DNA of 64,000 nucleotides from Cenococcum geophilum. Taxonomy: Eukaryota. A model generated the notes under the pieces. It saw nothing but the letters and a program-made list of their open reading frames with translations, was not told where the DNA came from and did no database searches. Positions 25,801-36,080 of the stretch are shown piece after piece; position 1 is the stretch's first letter; every line of letters begins with the position of its first letter. Position numbers and translations under genes: made by a program. The DNA lies in NCBI GenBank assembly GCA_050273025.1, contig CP158635.1, positions 22,320,001-22,384,000 on the forward strand, in the 5' to 3' direction.

Positions 25801-28800
25801 TAGTAATATGTCAAAAGACATCGTAACTTATCTCCCTTTAATGGTTAACTAAATAGGTCCTGTTTTAAGGTTAATAATGCCTCCTCTATAGGCTATCGGA
25901 TCTCCTAAAATTGTTACTAGTAGGTAAGGATATTCCTTCTTTCTGTATAGTAATCCTATTCTTTTAACTACTATTAGCAAGATATGGTTCCTTATTGCTT
26001 CACTATCTATTAATACCTTAAACTGCTAATCTTGCTATTTAACTCGCAAATTTAGGTGTTAACCTTAAATTCCTTTAAGGGTCTAAGGCTCTACTACTAG
26101 TTCCCTCTAGTCCTATAGGCCTCCACTTTTCCTAACTATTAGCTGCTAGATCCTATTTATACTTAGTCCACTTTTAGCCAATACTTAGTTCGCTTTTTAT
26201 CTTTAATATACCATAGATAGGTATTTTCTAGACATTCCCACCATTGTCATCTATCTAGGCATTCTTCCATAAGGAATCTTCCTGGCTAAAGTATTAAGTC
26301 CCCTTATTCTTAAACTTCTACTAGGTGCCAACTATACATATACTTAGCATTTCGATATTTCGCTTCATCCGTTATCCAATATATCCTTATTAGATACTTC
26401 TAGTTTTTATTTTTAGGTGCTCTATATATATTGCACGTATTATCCATATATGCGATCTATGCCAATATATAATACGCTTAGTGTCTTAGGTCAACTCTTA
26501 GCTTATCTTTATCCTTAAGTTTAACCCTTTCTTGTATTAATCTAAGCGTTATAACTTCATTCGCAGGTACTAAAATTCATCTTTCACTTCTCTAGTCCTC
26601 TAATTACTCCTCTAGATCCTTTAATGTTATAATTAAGGCTCCTTTAATATAAGTTATAGCCTTTTCTGTAATCGGGTGGTCTTAGACAACTTTTTCGTCT
26701 AACTATATATAAAAATCTTCCTACTTATCATTATGTCTTTGTCTATACCACTTTTAGTATAACCCTTTAAGTATATATAGTATATCCGTAAGAAAATATC
26801 TCTTTATTGCTACGTCGTAACAGCCTTTTACGTGTCGTTCTTTAAATCTAGTTAGAATCCCTAGATCCTCTTCTTATTCCAATTCAGTTAACCATTTGGC
26901 TTTTAGTGTGCCTACTTTAGGTCTATTAATAATTCTTTATACTAGCGCTCTGTCCTTTATACATCCTAATATGCTAGATCTCTTATCTAGTTTCTATTCT
27001 TACCATACAGCAATTCTTGCTCTAAATTCTGCCATGGTTTCTTTCTTATCGCGTCTTACAAGTAGATCTTTAAAGTCTTCCTGCTTTTTAATCTAAGTAT
27101 TAACTTTCTAATCTTTAGGTTAAATACTGCGTTCCTTTAGTAAGTCTTCTAGGTTTATATGCCTATTGCCTAATCTAACTACTGTTTGTATTGCAGATTC
27201 CCTAATCTGTAAAGAAGCCTCTCGCTTCTTGTTTATATGTGTCCTTATTCGCGCTCCAAATTCTTAACCCCTTAGATTCTTTAATCCTAAGCTTTCTAAC
27301 CTAAGTTTAGCTCCCGCCTTAGTCTAACTAGGCGTCTATAGTATTCTTATCTTATCTTAAGAGTCTTAAATCTCACTTATCTTGTTTTAAGAATCTTATA
27401 CCTCTAGGAAACTCTATCCCAAGCTTATTCGTATATTTCTAAACTAAGCTACTGCCCTACTCCATCGGTTTTCGTCCGTTATAGGTCCTTAGGTATACCT
27501 CATCTTATCTTAAGAATCTTAGTCGTCTTTTATCTTATCTTAAGAATCTTAAGCCTTTAGCCTTTTGCCTTTATCAAGTGATAAATTAGCACTAGCAATC
27601 GTCTGCTTACTTAATCTCTATAAGATACTCTTCCTTTCGTTTTATAAAGCGGTAGATGCCGTATCCAACGGTGTTATAATACCCGTTACTAAACCTTGCT
27701 CTATAGCGGTTTTAGTCTCTACTTCTAATATAACTTCTTTAAGGTTTACACGCTCTTAGTAAGCTGCCTTTATTACCTTATCGTCTGTAAATGTTTCGCC
27801 TATATCGAATTCGTCATCTTTAATATCCAATCTACGTAATAGTTCGTTAGTTCCTCTACACTCTATAGGTTTTAGCTCCTATAGCTAATAGCTTACGCCA
27901 TACTTAGCGTCTTTATAAATTCGGCATATATTATTGTAGCAAAATACAAAACTATTAATTAAATATTCTTTTATTCCTTACAGTACGCTATCGCCCCTCT
28001 ATACGTGTACGTCATCTACTAATCTGGTTCCCTTTATTACATAATAACTCTAACTATCTTTACAATCCCTAGCGAAGTAACCCTGTTTTCCGTAATTTAT
28101 ATAAGCTCCGTCTCTAAACCACTAACTTTGCTATAGAGTCCGCCTAAACGTCTTCTGCTACTAAGATCCCTAGTTTAGCCTTTGCTCCTTAGTCCTATAA
28201 TTACTAAATCCTTAACCTCTAGGTTTCTATAGTTTCTTACTTTATCTCTTATGGGTTTCTTTAGTACCGCTTAGGTCTATTAGCTCTGCGCCATTTTATA
28301 GTTTCTAATTTAGCTTTAGTCGTTACGTACTCTACGCCTTATATAACTATAAAACTCTATCCTAGCCTCTCTTAGCCTATTCTCTTTGGTAGATTTAATT
28401 GTTAATCTTAATCACTTAATCTATTAAATCCCTTAGAGTATCCGCATCTTTTATTAGGATAATTACGTCCTAGACTTTAGCCTTAAGTCCCTATTTATAT
28501 TGTGCTATAAGCGCCTTATTATTCCATTTAACTTACATAGCTAGCATTTAGAACTATATTATGTACTTAATTGCTAAGGTTCATTACATGATATCTTAAA
28601 GTTTTCTTTTTACTATAGTTACTGCCTCCGGATCTCTAAACATTTATATAAGTCGCTCTATAAACCCTTCCCAACTTAAGAATATAAACCGCACCTCTTA
28701 GTTAGTGGTCGTTATTCCATTTACCTATATTTCTATAAGGTAAGGCTTAAACCATTTAAGTACCCTCCCTAATAGGAATAGTCCCGCATAAGCTATTCGA

Positions 28801-29150
28801 TCCATAGGTATTAGTAGCTTCGCTCCTTCCTGTATTACCTTAAAGTACATCTATATAAGAAATCCTTTGAGCTTTAATCTCTCCCCTAAAAATCTCTCGA
28901 TTAAAGGTAACTTAATCTCTACTACCCCTATCCCATTAATCCGTTATTTAAGCGTCGCATTATTTTCTATTAACTAGTCAACTATCTCTTATAGTTGTCC
29001 GACCGTCACAGGTTATTATAAGTCAGTATCTACTATACTAGTATCACCTCCTAACCTTGAAGTAGTTGCCGCCGTTAATGGCGTTATAGTAGCTGCTTTT
29101 AGTAGCATGTTATTTAACTTTCTGTTAATACCGTAACTAGGTAGTAATTG

Positions 29151-29573
29151 TGTAACGGAACCTTGTAGGAAGTACTACAGTAGGTCCTATTAATGGGCTA
29201 GGTATATAGGTAATGCAAACAAAATTAACAACGTAATAATAACTGGTAGAGTGGTTGCCTAATAGATTAACTCTAATTGTATTCTAAGAATTACTACAAG
29301 GAAGAAACTATCTAGGTAGGGACCGTGGTCCTTTAAATACACAACCGTACTCCTAAGAAATCCTTCTTATACGTAATATACGTGTTATACGTAAGGTACA
29401 TAAGTTCCTCTTATTCCTCTTGTTTAATACGTAGCATATTATGTGACCTTAGTTACTATTTCTCGTTATATAGTTCTACCGGTTCCATCCTAAACCGTGC
29501 TCTTATTAACCAACTAGCTTCCTCCAACTCTCTTCTTAGTAGTCATAGCATTGTACTTAAAGCGTCCGTAATA
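29151..29573 (-). repeat. 5' LTR of Gypsy-3
   Basis: Direct repeat of 21608-22030, followed by TSD TACTT. Confidence 0.95.
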
Positions 29574-30077
29574 TACTTCTATTAGTGTATACTTCTTCTA
29601 GGTATATATAAAGTATATACTTACTATAGTGGTACCTAAAGGCGCTAGGGTTAGTGGCACTGGCCACCTACAGATTATTAAAGTCTGCGATTATAAGGCT
29701 TATAGTAAGCGTAGGCAGAGCGTATATAAAGGCAAAGTTAAAATATTAATATTGCCCTAGCTAGATATTAGCATATATAGCGCTTATATATAGGCTATGT
29801 AGTATATACTTATAGCGTATACTACGGTGTTATAGAGAAGTTCTAGTGCGGCCGCTATTGTTATAGATATGCGACGCGTATATATAGGCCATGTTTTAAT
29901 AACTTAGCTTACCTACTTTATATAGTAGCTAGCGGAATATATATGCCCCGCATATACATTCCTCGCGTTATATAATATTCACGATTTATTAAATAGTTAA
30001 TATGAATTTTAATTTTATTAAAAAAAAAATTTTTTTTATATGCGCTGTATATGCAGAAGCTCAGTGGGGTCAGAAGC

Positions 30078-30946
30078 GGGCTCACAGCTCGGCGTGGTCA
30101 CGGAAAAACTCGGCGTGGTCACAAAGTTCAACATAGTTAGAACCTTTCTGACCACGCTTAACTTCTAACCACGCTAAGCTTTATATATATGCAGCGCATA
30201 TATAAACTAAAATATTTATTTTAATAGAATTTAAAATATTGAATAAATAAAAATTAACGGTTTATGCTAGGCATATGCGGGGCATATACAATAATAAAAA
30301 TAATAAACCAAGTTATTAAAATATCCTATATATGTAATATATAGTCTTAGCATATATAGAGCATATACTCACTCTATATACTCTACCTATTCTACCTTTA
30401 TATTAAAGAGACCTTACTCCCTATATACTATCCTCTAAAGTATTACCTTTATATTTTATATAAGGTAGGCTATACTATAGTATTTGCTAAGTATATACGT
30501 AGCATATACTAACTATATGCACTAAATATGCGATGTATATGCTAACTATATACACTAAATATGCGATGCATATGCTGAGCATATACGTACACCTATAAGA
30601 ATAAATCGCGGTAGTAAACTGGCTTATTAGTAAGTATATGCTAGGTATATACATAGCATATACCCAGTATATTCTTAGCGTATGCTTAGCACATGCTTAC
30701 TAATAAGCCAGTTTACTACCGCGATTTATTCTTATAGGTGTACGTATATGCTCAGCATATGCATCGCATATTCAGTGCATACGGTCGCTAAGGTAAATTG
30801 TAGCTACTGATGCGCGTTCTGTATGGGCAAAAGCGTGACCACGCCGACCTTTTGCCGGCGGTTCCATCGGTGACCACGCTCAACTTTCGCCGACCCCATC
30901 GGTGACCACGTTCAACTTTTCCGTGACCACGCTCAGCTGCACCCCG
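30078..30946 (-). mobile_element. Non-autonomous 869-bp derivative of the same MULE family, inserted inverted in the right subterminal region of the large MULE
   Basis: 9-bp TSD GTCAGAAGC at 30069-30077 and 30947-30955. Begins with the reverse complement of the large element's right end and finishes with the reverse complement of its left ~165 bp. Confidence 0.88.
30558..30772. repeat. Perfect 77-bp inverted repeat with 61-bp spacer
   Basis: 30558-30634 is the exact reverse complement of 30696-30772; the arms extend imperfectly to ~100 bp. Confidence 0.92.
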
Positions 30947-31324
30947 GTCAGAAGCTGAGCAAGGTCAGAAAGGATGTTGAACTTTGTGACCCCGCCGAGT
31001 TTTTCCGTGACCCCCCCGAGCTGTTGGCCCGCATTTGCATCCAACAAAAATCGCTCTCAACGACTGTTGCTCACGATTTGGCCGTCGATACAGCCAAAAA
31101 TAGAATGCCTCGCTCGCATGGAATGCGCAAATATGATGTACTGCATAGCCTAGCGATTCCATCTGCGATAAGTTGCGATTCAGTGTGGTGATCAAGGCAA
31201 GCAAAGTGACCGTGCGGGCACCAATTGATAAAACCCACTCTAGCTTTCAATTCTTCTGGGTTGATCTTCTTCTCGATCATTAGCAGACTCTCATGGAAAT
31301 GCTCACATGTTGAATTAATCAGCC

Positions 31325-32278
31325 ATGGATGTTGCGACGCCTGCACGACAATCGTCATGTAATAGTCTGGAAGAGTGTCCGTCGTCAATCACTGCGATAG
31401 TCTCGAAATACATCACTTTAGGGGAAGAGAAAGAGATCCGACGGCAATTTGAAAGCCGCACGTGGTGTCCGGGTAGCTTAGTCCCTCGGAGTGGCATACC
31501 TCGCCATACAGCTGAAGAATGGGCAGCTAAACGTGGTCGACAGACACTAGCCCTCGCAATGGGTCCTCTTATGGATCGAACAGATTAAAACCACACCATT
31601 TCAAGCAAATCTCGTGAGAAGTGGTCGAAATATATGAAAGGAGCTTCCGCGATATTTGCCTGGTATACCTCACGCAGCGGATTGGTGACGATTTTAGCGC
31701 CTCCACCACCCGACAAATACCACCCTTCAGGACAAAGCACATATCAGCTGGTTGAAGAACCTATTATTCGCGAAAGTATCAAGAATACTCATGCCGGAAT
31801 ACGTGTTGTGATGATACATCCTACAGTCGTACAAGCTAAGGATTTCAGCTACGAACTATGGCCGGTTGACGAAACGCAGACTTGGATCGCCAAATTTGGC
31901 ACATGTTTTACGAGAGTGATTACTTGGAGAAATGTGAAACTGACTAACAAAACTTCCGGAGCCGTCAGCACTGGAAGGGTCGATTCGGATGACCAGCCTA
32001 TACTTTCGATTTTCGAGGAGATAAGAGGGGAAGCAAAGGCAAAGAAGATGGAAGAGGCAAAGAGAATGGAAGAAGCAATGAAAAGGAAGGAGGCAAGGAA
32101 GAGGGAGGAGGCGAGGAAGATTGCGGAGGCAAAGAAGAGGAAAGAGGCAAGGAAGAGGGAGGAGGCAAGGAAGATGGTGGAGGCAAGGAAGAGGGAGGCA
32201 AGGAAGATGGCGGAGGCAAAGAAGAGAAAAGAGGCAAGGAAGAGGGAGGAGGCAAGGAAGATAGAGGAAGCAAGGTAG
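31325..32278 (+). pseudogene. Fungal hypothetical gene with ADP-ribosyl cyclase/NADase-like motifs and E/K/R repeat tail, interrupted by in-frame TAA at 31586-31588
   Basis: ORFs 31325-31588 and 31634-32278 are in the same frame (offset 309) with one stop between them. Motif order SG..A..WA....TL..AMG...W..YMKGASAIFA......VTIL...STYQLVEEP. True start uncertain. Confidence 0.6.
32030..32276 (+). repeat. Purine-rich 18-bp coding minisatellite (~13 units; EARK[RMI][EKA]-type hexapeptides)
   Basis: Units such as GAGGCAAGGAAGAGGGAG, with a higher-order 72/69-bp period visible in the translation. Confidence 0.9.
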
Positions 32279-32340
32279 ACGCGCACTATCCAATCATCGA
32301 TAGACAATGTCACCATTTAGCGTCACACGGCTGATCATTA

Positions 32341-33045
32341 TTACCTTGCTCCTAAAACAAAATGGAGCACATGGACGTTTAGGAAAAAATGTCTCTGACA
32401 AATTCTCTCAAATACATCTCGAGCGGATCCGTTCCGCCATGGATGGCATACCTCCGGGACCGACCACAAGTTGACAGCAAGTGACATTATTATGCGACGG
32501 CTGTTGCCTCTACAATGCCAGGGATTTGGGTAGTTCAACCATGTGGCTACTAATAGCGTGCTTTGCAATCGGATCCAGCAATGTCACCTCTTCCAAAGAT
32601 TTCATGTAGACATGTAATGTGGGTATACTCTTGACTCAGCGGCCTCTAATATATGATATCCTAGACATTCCATTCAGCAACGCTCCGTAACATACAGATG
32701 CCCTTCCTGTCCTAACAGCCTGCTTTTAAGCACCATGTCCCAAGGAATCGGCACCGATGCAACCTGTGATGCCGTGGGGGTAGCGTTTCCTATGCGAGGA
32801 TTCTCCAACTTGAAGCGCGTGTTGCCCTTGGGCACATGAAACTCTGTAAACGTGGGCGCGGTCGCTTCGTCTGGGAAGAGAGTAGTTAGGCTAGATGTGC
32901 TTAAATCACGGGAGTGTATGGACGTGAGTAACTTGCCCGAGTACCGTCTTCGCAACTCCCCGCGGTTAAACTTTCTTATCGTTTGCGTCTCGGTTTGATA
33001 GACCAGCATATTTTTGTCGCTGATCTGAGCAAGGGTCTTCGCCAT
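32341..33045 (-). pseudogene. Degraded gene, possibly a protein kinase N-lobe relic
   Basis: ATG at 33045 (MAKTLAQ...), open to LLGQEGHL and a GTATGT donor at 32695. Downstream fragments in shifting frames read EEVTLL...HMVEL and RIIMSLAVNL, a weak kinase-like order. Region is not RIP'd. Confidence 0.3.
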
Positions 33046-34088
33046 GACGTTACAGCGGTTTTGACGACACTTGGCTCTTGGCTGAATGTAAAGGTGTTCT
33101 GCTGTAGCTTGATAAGATGAAAAGTAAAGTCGAGCGCAGAGCGAGCTTGTTATGAAGTGAGGGGGTAAAGACGACTGCGTTGGCGATTGACGGTCTGTTG
33201 GGTGGAAACCTACTGAGTGGGCTGCAGACTTTTTATCTGACGCCAGCTGGCGGGTTACACAGCCCGGCAGTTTCGTTCGTAACGATGTGATCTTGGAAGC
33301 TGTAACGTATCGTTGTCGCGAGAGTATCGTCATACCGGTTTTACTTGGTAATGAATCTTGGCGTACAATTTCCTGAATTAACAGGAGTTAACGTAAACTA
33401 ACCTAGTATGCTTAATATATATAAGAATGTAGCTAAGCCTGTCTAGTCAAATCTTATTTAGGTACGGTAGTGTTTAATCTAGTATAACTAGCCTATAACA
33501 CGTTGGAGCGATAATTAATTAAAACCCTATAATATATCGGTCATCGGGAGCCGAGTTATCTTATATATAAGAACTGATTCAGGCAGCCAGGTCGTAGCGT
33601 AATAACCGGAGTTATCGTTATAATGGGTATCGTAATTGAGAGTGGCGTCTGTATTATTTATTGCTAAGCCACTCAAGTCCAACACAGCAAGACCTCGTAT
33701 GCACGGACCGTCCGACACTCGATCGACTTTGCTGTATCCCTCCTTGGACCTATCACCCTTGGTGCCGCTCTCCTCATGACTTCCACTGCGTCAGACGCAC
33801 ATTGAAGGCGTTGTGAGAAAGCAATAATTGGAACGCCGCCCACTGCCTTTCCGTCCATCTCGCTTTATGTTTTTCCGCAAACGTCGGGCAATATTGAGAG
33901 CGGTTACGGACTCAAGTTTCATTGGCTCTAGAAATGGGCTGGAATTATCGGCTTCTTCTGCTCGACTGCAGGACAGTATCTGGATTATTGAGGCTGAGAA
34001 TGGATCGAATGGGCAGCTCTGCCCTGGTATATATGTCTTGCATGCATCTCGCACAGACGGGCTTTCGATTCTTTAGTCAGGCATTATC

Positions 34089-35654
34089 ATGGCGGCAAAT
34101 GCCAATCCCAACCCTGCACCGCCAAATCCCTGGGCCCCACTTGTACTCTCTCTAGGTATGAAATCTACTTTGAATACACCATGAGGAATCTGACGGATGA
34201 AAATAGATGGTGGTGGGATCAGGGGCCTGTCAATACTATACATTTTGCGCGAAGTCATGGAACACATCAAGACGTTAGATGACGCTGATACCCCACAGAA
34301 TCAGATAGAAGGAGGTGTTCAGAACCACGACGTTCCCTTGCCCTGCAATTACTTCGATTTTATTATTGGCACCAGCACGGGAGGGTAGTGTAACAGTATT
34401 GCTTGTCTGCACGAACGCTGCTGACGTGTGCATAGCCTGATTGCTATTATGTTAGGACGCCTGCGAATGGGAGTTGATGATAGCATCAAACAGTACTGGA
34501 TATTAGCCAACAAGATCTTCGTCCCTCCCAAAAAACGAAGATATTTTCAACACTACTCCAGGCGCAAGGTTCAGGATGCAGCACGCGAAGCCGTTATTCA
34601 ACACTGTCGCTGCCACCCTAACAATGGACCTTGTACTGGCTATGAGCTGCTTCGCCAACATGACTATGCTGAAGGTGTTAACAGGACCTGTAAAGTGTAA
34701 GTGCGCCCCTTTTTTATTGGGCCATGCTAACTTTGAGGCTTTAGTGCCGTGGTAACAGTTCGCGATGGAGGCGCTACTACGTTTCAGAAAGAGAAATCTG
34801 CTGATATCACAACACTGTTCCGATCGTACGATCATAGCGCACGACCCTCAGTCATTGGCCTTGAATACAACCCACGGGTATTACAACGTTCGGTGTTGAC
34901 CATCCCAACCGCATGCTCATGCACCTCTGCAGCTCCCAGTTATTTCAAAAGTGTGGAGGTCAACGGGAGACGTTATATCGACGGCGGTGTGGAAGAAAAC
35001 AACCCAGCAAAGGTTGCATGGAATGAGGCCCTTCAAATGGTTAACCCAGGTGGACTTCCAGCACAGCTATTTCCGAAGGCTCTGGTCAGCATTGGAACGG
35101 GAAGAACTAAAGCCCAGAGCCGCTTTGGGTGGACTTCTTTCGTCCAGTGGACAGTCAAAAATATTACCGAAACGCAAAGGAACCATAACGACGTGACAGG
35201 GTTCGCAGCAGCGCAGCCAGGTTCGAGCTATTTTCGTTTCGACGTCCCTCACAATCCTCACGGGCTACCATACAAAGGACTGGCCGATATTGGCCTGGCT
35301 GAATGCGAAAAGAAGCGGATCAAACCTGTAGTACCTGCACACGCTGGTGCTGCTACACCGTTGACACAGTGTCTTCAACGAGTGGAACAAAGAGATGGCC
35401 CGCTCAGAGCACAAGCTACAGAGACACAGAAAGGAGGATATAAGCCTCAAAAATACCGCTATGTGACTTTTAACAAGTTACGTGATCGTACAGCCTTATA
35501 TTGTGGTGTTGGGGTTAGACCCGATGGAACTAATGTTTTAACGGATATCCAGAGCTGTGCACAACTACTTCGGACTCAAAGTCTGGCAAGGAAAGCAGGT
35601 AACCAGCAGTGGTGGAATGGTTTCAGAACTCATCCGGATCCGTCCCACAATTAA
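34089..35654 (+). CDS. Patatin-like phospholipase, intact, 4 exons (34089-34155, 34207-34384, 34436-34696, 34745-35654), 471 aa
   Basis: Three GT..AG introns (51, 51, 48 nt) with CTGAC/CTAAC branch sites splice to a 1416-nt open frame. Motifs: LSLDGGGIRG, GTSTG (catalytic Ser), SAAPSYF and YIDGG (catalytic Asp). Confidence 0.93.
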
Positions 35655-36080
35655 GCGGCAGGGAGTGTGCGCTGATTCCCCGATTAAACGCACAGTGCAG
35701 ATTAAAGGGTTTTCATTACGTTTTAAATATCCGGCTAAATAGATTTGCGAACTTCATTAAGCCGCTTAGCGCCACTATGTCACATCCGTCCAATAATTAG
35801 CCACTTCAGAAATCTTGGAAGCTGTATAATTAATTGATCGTTGAAAAAATCTCGAAATCCGAATCCTGCCTCTTACCTTGCAACTTAAAGTTCCTACAGT
35901 TGTCCAGAAGCTTGTCCTTAATTGCCGCCAGCGCGGCCTTAAGTATTTAAGAATTATAGGCGGCTAAAAATGGACAGGCCTAAAAATAGTTTCTTTTTCA
36001 GGGTCGGGCTCGGTCCTACCTCGCCCTTTATTGCTCCTCACTCGTTCCTTCCTATTATCCTATCACGATAGTAAGCTAAG

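Larger units (their letters stand above)
21608..29573 (-). mobile_element. Full-length Ty3/Gypsy (chromovirus-type) LTR retrotransposon nested in the MULE, RIP'd (Gypsy-3)
   Basis: 423-bp LTRs at 21608-22030 and 29151-29573. TSD TACTT at 21603-21607 and 29574-29578. PPT at 22031-22044. RT motif HLDEFVMVYLDDIIIY on the minus strand at ~25027-25075. Confidence 0.96.
19800..29880 (-). pseudogene. Probable second multi-exon gene of the MULE, convergent with the transposase, split by Gypsy-3 (function unknown, ends approximate)
   Basis: Recurrent reverse-complement donor motifs on + (CTTAC, CTAAC, ATATAC) separate more GC-rich exon-like blocks in 19800-21607 and 29579-29880. No recognisable domain. 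Confidence 0.4.
15931..31030 (+). mobile_element. Mutator-like (MULE) DNA transposon, ~6.1 kb net of three nested insertions, RIP'd
   Basis: 9-bp TSD GCATTTGCA at 15922-15930 and 31031-31039. Imperfect in-register terminal inverted repeats built on GGTCAC motifs (left cggggtgtagcttgtaaaggtcacggaaaa; right, reverse-complemented, gggccaacagctcgggggggtcacggaaaa). Internal MULE-like transposase relic. Confidence 0.85.

Noticed and set aside
2951..29585. Short ORFs at 2951, 10144, 15787, 24791, 26896, 27565 and 29382
   Set aside because: Stop-free remnants or antisense frames of RIP'd retrotransposon or terminal sequence (2951-3148 is a pol RNase H-region fragment); not independent genes.
30078..30175. 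Regularly spaced GGTCAC/GTGACC repeats resembling a CRISPR or iteron array
   Set aside because: Eukaryotic context and no unique spacers; they are MULE terminal repeats.
15931..30946. The ~165-bp near-perfect inverted pair 15931-16095 / 30780-30946 taken as the TIRs of a single transposon
   Set aside because: Its flanks do not match (GCATTTGCA vs GTCAGAAGC). Each 9-mer instead pairs with another site, which resolves two nested elements.
31849..32316. Three overlapping minus-strand ORFs (hydrophobic, Cys/Leu-rich and Pro/Ser-rich)
   Set aside because: Antisense shadows of the purine-rich 18-bp repeat.
33675..33718. Minus-strand peptide SDGPCIRGLAVL resembling the patatin DGGGIRGL motif
   Set aside because: Only 11 residues, Gly-rich loop not kept, no GxSxG downstream, and it runs into a RIP'd patch; probably chance.
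34089..35654. Patatin as cargo of the Starship whose captain is at 50.3 kb
   Set aside because: It lies ~8.5 kb outside (left of) the inferred boundary at 44,129, upstream of the captain. It could only belong to a different, enclosing element, which is not demonstrable here.
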